NCBI RefSeq assembly: GCF_963506605.1
Contig: NC_083288.1
Coordinates: forward strand, 3,472,001 to 3,536,000
Source: Zootoca vivipara
Taxonomy: Eukaryota
DNA length: 64,000 bases
Direction: 5' to 3'
Each line of letters opens with the position of its first letter. The first letter of the stretch is position 1. Made by a program: the position numbers and the translations under genes. Below the pieces are notes generated by a model, which searched no databases, had not been told where the DNA came from, and saw nothing but the letters and a program-made list of their open reading frames with translations. Shown here piece by piece: positions 12,664 through 25,000 of this stretch.

Positions 12664-13748
12664 CTTTGGCAGAGACCTCGCTCTTATTTCTTCTTCTTAA
12701 CATTTTCTCATGAGTTTCCCTAGCCTGGATCTTGTCTCAGCCGCTGGAGGTTGCAGGTGAGATGCAGTTGCAGAGAACTGATGAGGAAGTGGGGCAGGAT
12801 GGTGAAGAGGGACGGTTGTGAACATCCCCATCTCTGAGTGGCACATGACTCCAGGGGTGCCTGCGCTTAGCCTGGGTTCCTTTTCCTTGGAATTACGGGG
12901 CATCCCTCCAGGGAAGTGTGTAGAGGTTTCCCTTACTAGCTTACTTTTCACAAACCAAAAGACCCTTTTCTCTTTTTAACAAAAATATTTTTTATTCATT
13001 TTTTACAAAATGATTTTTTTACATTTCAGCATAAACCATAAGACCCGTATTTACCCTTTAAAAAAATATATATTTTTATTAAAAGAATTACAAGTATGAA
13101 GACAAAAATAATATACAAAATGCTATCTACCGGTAGTATAGTGTTATCTACCCTTGAATGCTCCCTATTTTGCCTATCCTATTCTATACATCAATTTTAA
13201 CCTCTCTAACTAATAAAAGTCCCGCTTGCTGTTTAGAGTGCTGAAAGAGTCAATAGAAAGTGTCCAATCCTCAAATTCACTATGTTGCAGATGTCGTCTT
13301 CCCGGCGGCTCCTTTCCCGGCTGATGACATTCTTCCAGGGGTCTTCTTTTCTCCGGACGTCTTCTCCCAGGTTCCAGCAGATAGGCCGCCGTTCATGCAA
13401 GAAAGAGAGAAAAGAGATTCTGTTAGAAAGGGTACTAAATCTCAGGAATGTTAGACCCTCTTGTTGCCCACCCCAAACAAAGAAATGGAGGAAAGTTGCT
13501 GCTGGGGGGTTGCCACTCAAGAGGATGGCAGAGAGCAAGGAACCGGACCCTGGGCATACACCAGCGACCGGGGGAGCTCCATAAAGCCACAACAACAACA
13601 AAAGGTTTCTTACCGCTATGTATGGAGGGTCGTGAGGGCAGCACCACTCCTCTTGGTCGATCCTGATGGCCTTGATGTTCCTGGCGCTGGTCCAGAGTGG
13701 ATCCCACGGAGAGCAGAAGATGGTATCTCTGCAGCACAACGCTGATGT

Positions 13749-16700
13749 TCACGTTGCCTTGGCCTGGCGCAACTTCGGACGTTCTGTCACGAGGAGAAAG
13801 GGTTTTTGGGGGGAAACGTCACCTCCAAGGAGCCCACCAGACGTCCAAATACCCAACCAGATGCCTCACTCACCTGGCATGCAGCTCAGGAAGTCCTGCG
13901 GGTAAGGTTCCCTGTGAACACAGCGGAGCAGCCTCCTCACAAGGCGCTGGACCCTGCCTTTCTGCCGATGTTTACAGGCCCGCTGCATGATGTTCAGGCA
14001 GCTCCTCCCTGTCCGCCTGAGCCCTTCTTCCTCGTGCTGCTGCATCTCTTCCAGCCCTGAGTGGCAAGGGAGAAAGGTTGAGCCAGGAATCAGCTTTTCA
14101 CAAGGCAAAAACTTGCAAAGCACCCCCACCAGAGCTCCTCCCAGGACCAGGGTGTGGGCTAGGGGGATATTTGTGTGTGAGAGAGAGCAGTGGAGTCACA
14201 TTCCAATCCTCTTGGCATGTTCATCTTGTGGCACCTCTGTCTGCACACACACCTGGGAAGCCGCCTTCCCCTAAAGCCCTTTCTCAGAAGAAGCACCCCT
14301 CCCTGCCCTCCGTAAGTCTCACTTACATGTACCATAGGATGCCATGTCTTGATTTTGGATGAAACTGGCATCCCGGAAAGCCAGATGACCTAGAGAGACA
14401 GGGCAAGAAAAGGGACGTCATCTCGGTGCAAAGCAAGCGGAGACAGAGGCAGCTCGGCAGGAGGACAGGTATGCGTCTAGAGGCCTCCACCCTCGCGGAG
14501 CACTCAGAGCAAGGTGGCCTGGGGACATGCCCATCCTCACTGCCATCGTTACCCAGACGTTACCAGGGAAGGACATTGCTTGACTTACCCAGAAGCAGAG
14601 CTGCCACCCTGGAGACTGCTGGCAGCCTGTTGGCAGGCGGCTTCGTACATGTCAAGGCAGCACTCCGAAGGATGTTCTTGCTGAAGGTCTTGCTCTGTCG
14701 GCAAAGGCAAAGGAGAAGTGGCATCAGAGAGGCTTGAGAGCACGGCAGGAGAGCCTGTCACCCCCAAAGACATCCCTGGGCAAAGCTGCCAACAAAGCAG
14801 AGTGACCTTACCAGATGCTTGGCAGCCTGGTGGAGAGCAAAGTGGAGGCTAAATTTCTCGGGATGCGCCCACCACTTGACTTGTGGGGCTAGATGGGAAA
14901 GAGCCCTCCTTGCGGCCTGCAACACAAGAAGAGAAGAGGGTTACAAATTGCAGGACATAGTCTTGGAAGCTCCTGAGAACAATGACTCCCTCCTACTGCA
15001 GAAGTCCACCTCCTTGGCCCTCACCTTGGCCACCTCGTCCTCGTCTTCGAGGTGAATGAGGACGGCGACCAGTTCATTAACGGCTGCTTCTTCTGTTGTT
15101 GTTATGGGAAGCCCTTGGTCTCTCACCCAGCCCCGAAGCAGCCCCAGATGTTGGATGGCTGATGCCCGGGCAGAGGCTTCCTCCTGTAGGCAGAAAAGAT
15201 CAGAGGTTGTGTTTCTCATCAGATCCGTTTCCTTTCTCCTGTCCACCGAGGTGTTTTGAGGCTGCTGAGCCCCCTATCCTCCTCCTGAGGGAGACTGGGG
15301 GCAGGGGTGACTCTCCCCCTGTGTTTTCCAGGCAGGCTTCCAAGAGAAGGTGCTCCAGAGGAACACCCTCCTGAAGCCAGAAGATCTCCGCTGCATGCCA
15401 GTCTAAACACCAGCCTTCCTCTTCCAAAGCATTCCTATCCACCCTGTGTGATGTCATGTGTTCCCTAACACTCACATGGGCAGCCAGACCGCAGTAGGTT
15501 GCCGCCAGCATCTTCAGGTCTTCCTCTCCCAGCTCCCTGGACAGGTAGGCTTGGTCTACCAGCTCTATCAACTCTGGGAAGACATCAGCTTCTGCATCAG
15601 GGAGGAAATCCAGCAGCGACAGCCGCAGAAGCAAAGGGTCCTACACAAAAGAGAGAATATTTTCAAAGGTCTGAAAGGCCCCACGCTTTTTCTTTGAGAA
15701 CAGGCCCTTCAGCATTCGGTCAGCAAAAGAGTGCTGGGCCATGATTAGAATCCAGATCTGTGCCCCCCTCCCTCCCTGTGAGCATCACTTGCCATGTCAG
15801 AGTCCAGAAGCAGGGATATCCCTCTGACGCTGAGCTTCCGGACTTGCAGGTGGTCATGTTTCAGCCAGGTGAGGAGCTGCTCCAGTGTCTCCTCACAGGG
15901 ATAGACCTGCAGACGGCAGCTGAGCAGCTAAAGAGGCCCAAAGAGAAAGAAAGTCTTCAGTGATGAGAGGCTGAGGCAGGCTCTCCTTTTATCCACCACC
16001 TGCAGTTCTGCACACAGCAAAGCCACTGGAGTGAATGGACCAAAGTTTGTCATGTACATCAAATCCAATGGGTCTACTCTGAGGAGCACTAAAACAGGCA
16101 ACAGCCCTTAGGCTCAAAGGAGCCTTGACATAAACCACAGAATATGGAAGTTAAAGGCAGCTGTAAGGTCCAAATTCTGATGGAGGCTGGTTGGAGAACC
16201 AAGGACACAAAAGGAGCCGAAGAACACAAAGCCCAACCCTGGGCAGAAACCAAGCCAGGGCCTCCTTGCTGCACCCATTTCCTCCCGCGTCAGCCCCCCT
16301 CACCTCGATGTAGATAGCTGCCGCTACTTGTGGCATTCCGGCAAACTCCTGGTCCTCGAGAGCAGCGGTGATGTTTTCCACCATGGGAGGGATCCACCAG
16401 TGTCGCTTTCCGACAGCTCTGAAATGGAGAACCAGATCTGGGTAAGGAAGGGAAAGGCACCGCAGGAAGCCAACAGGGGCACAGTCCCATCCCGTGCCTT
16501 GACCTCCGTTTGCCAGACCATTGGGGAAGGTCACCGTGTTCTTCCTCTTACCTCACCATGGCAGACAACCCCTGGCTGAAATTCTCCCGGCAGAAAAGTT
16601 GGTCGATGATGGCCGCCTCTACTTGCTCTCCAGTGGTGCCGAGAAGGAGGTGCAGAACTTCTTTAGCCCCTCTGTAACCAAAGCAAGGCCACTTTTAGCA

Positions 16701-19700
16701 GGCGGGTCATTGCCACCCACTCCAATTCCTTCCCCATCCTTGCTCCCTAGCAGCAGCCTGCAGGAGAGCCTCCCTTGGAAAACCAAGCTGGACTGGCAAC
16801 CCCCCGAGGTTGAAGGGAAAAGGACTCCATTGGCGCCTTTGCAACACACTACTCACCCGAGGAATTCCTGGTCGTAGTGGAAGTTGACTACCATCCCCAG
16901 GAGAGCGATCAGCAGCTGCGGGAAGTTCCGGCGCACAGCTGCCTTGTATACCTCCATCCTGAGGATGGCGTGCAACAGGCTGCTGAGATGTTGCTGGAAG
17001 AGAGAGAGGTGCAAGTCACTTTCCCTGCTTTTCTGCAGAATCCAGAAACCCCTCGATATTACCCTGGGAAGAAGGAAGCCAGAAAGCAGGTGGGTCGTCC
17101 TTACCACTTGGGTGGCAGATTCCGCCAAGGGGCTTTGGTAAAGCTGCTCGGCCATGAGATGGAGCAGTTGTTCTTGGTCGGCCGATGCCAAAACCTCCTT
17201 CCATACTCTCTCGCAGTCTCTGTGAATGCAAAAACAAGAGCAATGGCCAGATTCAAGTCTTTGGCTTGCTGCCATGCCACACAGAGAGGAAATGGCAGCA
17301 AGGCCTTGCTTTCTGAGCAAGCCCTGCACTTTGCCAACCTTTCCCTTAGCCCAGTAGAACCTGCCAGGAGGGCTCCATACCTGAAGGGAAACTGCAGGAG
17401 GTATGCAACCACTTTCGCCAGGTGTTGGTGTGGCATGATGGACAAAGCAAAGGCGGCCATGTTTCTGCCCTGCACTGTAGGCCCCTGGGTGATCTTATAG
17501 AAGGCCTCCAGCAGCACCTCCACCTGTCAGAGAAAAGGAGAGGGTTGCTGGGAGAGTACAAGGAAGCGGGGCTGTCTGCAGGTGGATCCCTCCATCCCTC
17601 ATAGAAAGAGGGGCCCCCCTTGGCCTGTGCCACCACAGCCATCTTCCTTCGAAGGTACCACTCAGGGTCCTTGGGAGTTTTGGACCCAGGCAGCTCCAGG
17701 GTGCCAGTCTGCTCCCAGGAGGGGGAGGAGGATTCCCCATTGCTGGACCCATGTTTCTCAGGACCCTTGGCTGAGGTTCTTGTCCTGACATTGCCAGGCC
17801 TCTCTAAACAAACATGTGTCCTGGCCACCCAATGGCATGAGGTTGCCTCCCCTACAGCAGAAGAAGTGGAGAATCTTCTTCTCTCCTACCTTTGCAGACA
17901 CCTTACCTCCACTTTTGTGCCGCTAAACTGCTTGATGAACTCTTGCAGCAAGTGGGAGATGTCCAAGGGGTTGAAGCTGCTCTCGACAACCAGATCGCTG
18001 GCCAGGAAGCACATGGCCTCCAAGAGCTGCTCCTCAGGAAGATAGGCACCAAAGACCTGAAGCAAGAGAGGAAGGTCAGAGAGGCCCACAGGTCAGGGCT
18101 GGGGAGCAGAAAGCCCAGCTGCTGTCTCTGCGGAACCCAGAACATGTGGCTTGAGAGACCGCTGGGCCTTGTGTGACAGCGACTTACCCTGGCAAGAGAG
18201 TAACAATTATTCAGGAACAATTCAGGAACCGCTCCTCCGGTGGATTGGAGGACCTTCCGAGCTCGGATGAGGAGTGTTTGGTTCCACGACGTTCGTGCCA
18301 GCGTCTCTGCAAAGGAAAGCCAAAGGGTCAGTTCGGGCCTTGCTCACCCCACCCCATGCTGGAATGCACTCCTTCCAGTCTTACCTTCTTTGCGCTGCAG
18401 GATGGGCAGAAGATGGCAGAGGGCATCTGCTGCCCGCTGCCTGCACTCCGGGTCTGGATCCAATGCAGACAGACAGGAAATGGCCACCAGTTGGCCAAGG
18501 GAGGATGCAGGAAGCGCTACCGATGGCTGAGAAGAGACCCAGAAAAGTGACTGATAAGAGAAGAGACCCAGCACCATTTTCCCTAAAGCATTCTTATTAA
18601 ATCTTCAAAAGATTCCAAAACATTTAGCATCCTATACAGAAAAAAACACCATTTCTTTTGACTTCCCACCCCTCTTTTCCTGATGTGTGCTTTTTCCTTC
18701 TTTTTACTCACTAGGATTTGCTCTGCTATGGCCCAGCTCTGTTCTCAAAATGGGTTATGTGCTGGGATGCCCGATTGTCCCTTGGGCACCTTGCAGGGTG
18801 GGCCTAGAAGGGGCAGCCGGAAGGCCTTGTCAGCCCTGCATGGTTGCAATGCTTCCCTTCAGTAACTCACATATTCCTGGATCTTCTGCAGGAGGGCGGA
18901 AAGATCTTGGAGTGCCTTTCTTCGGATCTTCCCACTCTTCATCCTGGTGACGACATCCATTATTCTAGCCTTCAGCTGGTCCTTTCTGAAGCCGTCGGGA
19001 GGAGGATCAGCCGCACCCAGAGAACCTGTGGTTGAGATGCTGAGGGGAGAGAGGAGGAGCACTTTTGCAAAAAGGTTTTATTGCCTTCCATCCTTCAAAG
19101 ACCCCAAGCACCAGCACCATAGAAATGGACCCGGGGGGGGGGGGAGTGGTTCACATAGGATTACCTTGCAAAAAGATCCTCCTCATCTTCCAGGCTGATT
19201 ACCGATATTTGAGCCCTCCTGGCAGGTTCTACTGGGCTAATAGGTGCAGGGCTTGCTCAGAAAGCCCTTGCTGCCATTTCCTCTCTGTGTGGCATGGCAG
19301 CAAGCAGAAGACTTAAATCTGACCATTGCTCTTGTTTTTGCATTCCTTCTCCCCTTCCAAAGCTCAACCCTTTCTTTGACTTGGTATAGCTCTTTGCCAA
19401 ACTTGGAGATACCATTAATCTAGGTTCCAGAGTTAAGTCCCCTGGCCATGGCAACCTCCACTTACCTCCAGGTTTCTTTGGGACGCCATCTTCTAATGTA
19501 GTGACTGAGCGAAGGTCACTACAGGCCACCTCTGCCAACCTCGAGATGCTGAGGATGCAGGAAGCTCTGTTCAAACGGTCACAAGTTCCGTTGCTAGGCA
19601 ACGTCAGTTGAGAATGTGGAATTCCCGGCCTCAGGGCCAAGGTTCTAGGAGAGTCCGTGTGGCCTAGTGGCTAGAGCCATGCAACGCGAGGGTGATATTT

Positions 19701-21168
19701 ATACGAGTTTAATACTTTTTCCTGTTCTTTGTATCCTGCTTTGCAGACTCTGGTTGTCTCCCAAAGCAGCTGACATCGATTTCAAAGAAGGGGGGGAGAC
19801 AAGTTCTGTCCTCAGGTTAGGAAAGTCCAAAGACAAGACACCCAATGGAAGGGATGTGGAGGAAGAAGGCAGAGGAAGAGCCCCTTTCCCTTGGCCCAAG
19901 GAGAGGCCTGAGATGTCCCCAGGCAAGTCCTGTCCTGTACTGTCCTGTCCTGCTGGGGCCGAGCTGCCCTTCCCCACCCCCAGCTCTTCTGGGACAGAGA
20001 CGCAGCAACTGACCGTGTAGGCCTTCATACCCAACACCAGGGGGGCTGTGGGGCTCAAGCCCCTCTCAGATTCCCCTGGGGGGCTTATCTGGCCCCACAG
20101 GCAGCAGCAGCAGGCAGTGCCTGGCAAAGGCTCCCCACCTGCTGAATTTCTGCCTGCCAGAAGAATCACAAGTGTGGAAACCCATCTAAAAGAGAAGGAA
20201 GGGAGGGAGGGAGGGAGGGAGGGAGGGAGGAAGGAAGGAAGGAAGGAAGGAAGGAAGGAAGGAAGGAAGAAGGAAGGGGGACGAGAGAACAAGAAATTCT
20301 GCTTCTCTGAGAGCTCCCATATCAGAAATTGATGGTGCTTTAATGCCCAGGGAATGGCAGGTGGTGGTGGTGATTTCTTAAATCTGTATGCCACCCTTTC
20401 TGATGGCCATTTCAGGGACAGAACCCTCAAGGTCCAAAGGCCTCCTTTGCAGCCTCCCCGGCATCCATTCTAGGGGTGGAAAGGAGCCCAGAGACCCTTT
20501 AGACCCCCCAGGCAGCGAGAGGCAAGCAGAGGCTGCTGCTCCAGGAAAGGTCTAGCTGCTTCTCTGGGAGCCATTGGCAGCAGCAGCTCCGCCCACCCCA
20601 GAAGAGCCAGCTGGCTATTGGCTAGCCTAGAGCGTCCATCAGCCAGCTAAGGAGGGCAGACTCTTCTGGCGAGGTGCATAGGCAGGTAGGCTGCGCAAGG
20701 CATGCAGGTTAGGGTGAGGGGGAAACTTGGACATTTGATTTCTATGGACTTCAAGAACATTCCCAAAGGCGTCCCAAAGGGAGCAGGGGACTCTGTGTGC
20801 CCGAAAGGGAACCGATCAGTCTTTGGAAGGCCAGGTGGTCAACCCAGCTGGGGCTTTGCTTCTGGATGAGGCCCTTCTGGCTCCCAGCACTGTCCTGATG
20901 GTCAGGGAGCCTCTGTCCAGCCAGGCCTTGGGCAGCCCCTGATTCCCAAGGAGGACCTCCGGGCTCCCTGGCCCTTCTGGTTCTCCCTCCTCGGCCACCT
21001 GGCCCTTGGGACCTCAGCTGGAGACACCCAGGACTTGGCAGAGCCTCCCTCCGTCTCTGTGGCGTAGACTCTCCAAGTGTCCCTCTTTCCCAGGGACTGT
21101 CCAGGATTTACAGAAGCCGCCTCGGTTCCTGATTTCCTCATTTTCTTACCTCCACTGATGAGAGTCAT
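13749..21168 (-). CDS. MROH-like gene, copy 2 (core exons open; 5' part rearranged at 19211-19345)
   Basis: Paralogue of copy 1 at offset 12,814 in the 3' part. Equivalent exons include 18385-18526 and 18871-19025. I saw no stop or frameshift in the core exons checked. Lacks copy-1 segment 6416-7245. Confidence 0.75.
19211..19345 (+). other. 135-bp inverted templated insertion (reverse complement of 4410-4544)
   Basis: Identical base for base to the reverse complement of 4410-4544. Replaces the counterpart of 6416-7245. Confidence 0.95.
20196..20276 (+). repeat. (GGGA)n(GGAA)n microsatellite
   Basis: Directly visible; absent at the paralogous site near 8095-8105. Confidence 0.95.
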
Positions 21169-21534
21169 GGTTTGGATGGGGGTCTTTTATCCATTTTCGC
21201 AGTCATACAATCCATCAATCAGTAGCTGAACTGGAATCCACACAGTCACAAAAACTAATGCTGCCATATTTCCAGCTTCCACCCAGAACACACCACAAAA
21301 TTCATTGTTCACAGTTGCATTTGTTCAGACTCATCAAAGAAAAAATCACAGCTCAGGATTTTTAATCAGGCATCCCTCAGACTACCATACCCACCCTACA
21401 AAATGAAAACAAACAAACAGATCAACAAGGTGAATCATCTACCACAAGACAGACCTAGAAAACAAAAGAACATCAGTTGTTACCACTTATCATTTGCAAC
21501 TGAACACACTGGATCATATCAATGAACTTCAGAC

Positions 21535-21757
21535 TATAGTCAAACCTCAGTTTGCGACCGCTTCGGTTTCCGACCACTGTTTACATCCGGGTTCCGCGGC
21601 CCTTGGATGCGCAGAAGCGATCTGCGCAGCGTGTGTGTGTGCAGAAGTGCTCTATCGCTTCGTGCACGCACAGAAGCGTGCCTTTGGTGAGCGACCGCTT
21701 TGGTGAGCGACCGCCTCCATGGAACGGATTGCGGTCGCAAACCGAGGTACCACTGTA
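21535..21757. mobile_element. Tigger/pogo-type MITE
   Basis: TA..tagtcaaacctcagtttgcgaccg ... cggtcgcaaaccgaggtaccactg..TA: imperfect TIRs with TA duplication. Confidence 0.8.
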
Positions 21758-21888
21758 CATTCTATTCTGCGGTCCTTGAGGTATGACAATACTCTCTTGT
21801 TTTTAGTGCAACAGACTAACACAGCTATGCCTTTGTCCATTAATAAAAGTTGGACATTTAAAAAGAGGTGTCAAATAAGTGTCTGATA

Positions 21889-21982
21889 CCAAAATAGTAA
21901 CAAGGTCAGCAGATGACTGCTCCTCTTACCTTCCAAATACACGTCACATACGCCCCTCAGCAGCAGCTGCAGCTAAAAATAG
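21889..21982 (+). promoter_or_regulatory. Putative muscle-type LRRC14B core promoter (MEF2 site, E-boxes, nuclear-receptor half-site)
   Basis: CTAAAAATAG at 21973-21982, CAGCTG at 21964-21969, CAGATG at 21910-21915, CAAGGTCA at 21901-21908, ACGTCA near 21941. Confidence 0.55.
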
Positions 21983-22051
21983 AGAATGGCAAGCAAGAGA
22001 GAACCTCTGTTAGAACAGATCCAGTATAACAGAAGGAATCAAAAGGCAGCA

Positions 22052-25000
22052 ATGCACTCTCTACGGTTCCTGAGTGCTGGGGCTTTGGTATCCAATACAG
22101 AGCTGATAAAAGGAAATATTGGCAGTGTTGCACACAACCTTTTCCCTCTTCTTTTTAAGGCAAGTTACTTGCAGGAACAAGGTGAAGTTCTTCACGATTT
22201 GGTGGCAAACTGGCCACTGAAAGAACTTAACATTGGAAAACTGTTGGGGAAGACGATAGACCACCAGGAAGACATCAGTAGCAGAGCCTGCTCGGTGTGC
22301 TTGACCAGTTGCCTAACTGGCCTTAGAGACTATGTGCTGAATTGTTCATCTCCATATGCAAAGAGACTCAAACTGGTGGACTTAACAGGCCTCAAGGATG
22401 TTGAAGTTCAGCTCTGCAATTGTAGGAAAACAATGGGACGCTGGGCCAGGACAGAGCTGCTGTCGAAGATCTGCTATGATCTGCTTGTTGAAATGCAAAG
22501 GCTGCAGTTCAGTCCAGATGTGTTTGAGATTTCAGTAGACGTTCTTACTGATGTCTTTGTCACTGAACGAAGTTATGAGCTGGTTGTCCAGGCCTTGCTT
22601 ATGAGGTGCCATTGTCCACTAAAAATTCTCTGTGCATCCTTCCGAGTGGACAACCTAGCCCTGCGGAAGCTCTTCTACATCATAAAGCTTACAGATCCCT
22701 CTTTGCTGCTCAAATTTGAAATAGTCCACAATGTTCGGTTGGAAATGGAACATCTGCACATGCTCTTTAATAACGTCCACTTTCCTCAGCTGACGTCGCT
22801 CACACTCCCAGCTAGGACGTTCAATGTACGAAGGTTCACCCCAGAGGATGAGGCCATTCTTGTAGGAATTGGAGAAAAGTTAAGCCAGATGACTCAACTG
22901 ACTGAGCTGAGCCTAGCATTTTCCACACTCACGGGAAGGATACGTAAACTACTCAGGTAATGTGCTCCAGATCTTGCTGGTGACACAATTGAGACAATAT
23001 TTACGACTAATATGTAACGTTTTAAAAAGGGAAAGCATAGGAAGCTTTCTTTTATTGTCATGCTCATGCTTATCTAATTTAGCATTGTCTACTCTGTGCA
23101 GCATGGTGGGATGCGGGTGACGCTGTGGGTTAAACCACGGAGCCTAGGGATTGCCGATCAGAAGCTCAGCGGTTCGAATCCCCTCAACGGGTGAGCTCCC
23201 ATTGCTTGGTCCCTGCTCCTGCAAACCTAGCAGTTTGAAAGCACGTCAAAGTGCAAGTAGATAAATAGGTACTGCTCTGGCGGGAAGGTAAACAGCGTTA
23301 CCATGCGCTGCTCTGGTTTACCACATGACCTGGAAGCTGTACACTGGCTCCCTCGGCCAATAAAGCAAGATGAGCACTGCAACCCCAGAGTCGGACACGA
23401 CTGGACCTAATGGTCAGGGGTCCCTTTACCTTTACCTTACTCTGTAAGTCCCAAAGGAAGGACTTTTTACAGTTCCATCTAACTGGAGATTCAGGAATTG
23501 AACCTGAGATCATCTTGAGTCCCCCATGACCTATTTTTTTGCTGCAAAATAAATATTTGCAAGTGTGGGTGCCAGTGCCATTCTTGGTAGTTTTAGGCTC
23601 TAACATTATTTTTAAATTTGTTTAAAAGATTTTGAACTGACCTTTCAGGGCACACTGCTCTCACCTTTTCTGGAAACAAATTGCTCTGAGAAGAGGCATA
23701 CCCTGGCCACACTTTTCACTCCCCACCCCCCACCCCAAATCAGAGAACCACTTGAAGAATAATACAAGCAAAAAAACTCCCCACCTTGCTCTTTGTACAG
23801 CGGTTGCCTTATACGCCTCATGGGAGTGGCAGGAATCACAACAGCGCACACACTTTGGTGGGATGAAACAGGCCACAAGTTCGTTGTCTTTCGAGACAGA
23901 GGGATGCCAACAGCAACAATAAGCAGGGGTGGCAAGGGAAGTGGAACAAGGACTAGACCCTATTCCACTCAACCTTTGCTGTTGGAGAGTTATTTCAATT
24001 GTTTGGGGAGCACCCAGTGCAGCCACACACCCCTGGGAGTTGAACGATGTTGTATCTTAATGTGGTGTGAGCCAAGCACCAGGGATCCCACTAGGCAACT
24101 GGGGGTGGGGGTGGGGAGAACTGGCACAAGGCTGGGGCCCTTCTAAGCTAGGGGTGTGCCTTCTGCATTGCCTGCCCCAGCCCCTAATGGGGATCCCCCT
24201 TTATGTTCCATCCTGCTCAATGACATTTTGCTCAAAGTTGTGATACAATTTCAGAGAATTTCAGGAATTTCAGAGTAAAATTCCTTTCCAGCCCTGTCCA
24301 CCAGTGACCCAAGAGTCCAGAGAAGCTCTATTACTGCAGGAGGGAAGGGAAGGAAGTTGGAGACCTCAGCTGATGGGCAACGGAGGTTTTTAAGTTTCCA
24401 GGTGCCCAGCCCACCTGAGCCCTGCATCCTCCTGTTGGATCTTGTAAGAGACAACCAGAAAAGCAGAAACCCTCTCTTCCGGCCACCTAGAGCTGCCACA
24501 CCACTGAACAAATGGTGCCTTTCTTGCAAGGGAACATGGAGTAGTGACTTGTACACAAACTGTTTTGTGTTTCACATATGGAACAGTTTCAAGGGAACTT
24601 GTGCATATGTCTCCTGCCACTGAAATGTACTGTGTGTCATTTACAAAATACTTTGGATACGCAAAACACATCAGGGTCCCCCCCCCCAAGGCATTTGGGC
24701 ACCTGACCCGAGCCACTATGAGGTACCTCCTCCCCTCAGCCAGTGGGTTTAACCTTTCAAAATGGGTGCAGGTTTAGCTGAGAGATGATTGGGCATTAAT
24801 TTTCTAAATGATTCATAGTGTTAGAAGAACGTCTCCTCCCAACTCATCCAGCAGCTTGGTTCTGGTTTACTGCCCTCCCATTAGTTTCTCTTCTTGTTTG
24901 AAGCAGATATTTTGATTTGATCCTATTGTTTTGACTAAACAATTTGTGGGAATGTTAGGGATGTGGATTAGGATATATTATTAGATAGATCCTATCCAAG

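Larger units (their letters stand above)
12815..21260 (+). repeat. Segmental/tandem duplication, copy 2
   Basis: Nearly identical to 1-3640, then more diverged with indels. Homology ends near cacagtcacaaaaactaatg. Confidence 0.97.

Noticed and set aside
19699-20430. 243-aa ORF
   Set aside because: It is extended by a stop-free microsatellite (PSFL repeats).
419-21168. Dozens of 60-240 aa six-frame ORFs as separate genes
   Set aside because: They are exon-plus-intron read-throughs or antisense frames of the GC-rich spliced MROH-like gene.
1-21260. Duplication as a pure haplotype assembly artefact
   Set aside because: Many indels, a rearrangement and different upstream flanks argue for paralogy, though this is not excluded without read depth.
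23108-23200. tRNA gene
   Set aside because: The A/B-box-like sequence is the head of a Sauria SINE.
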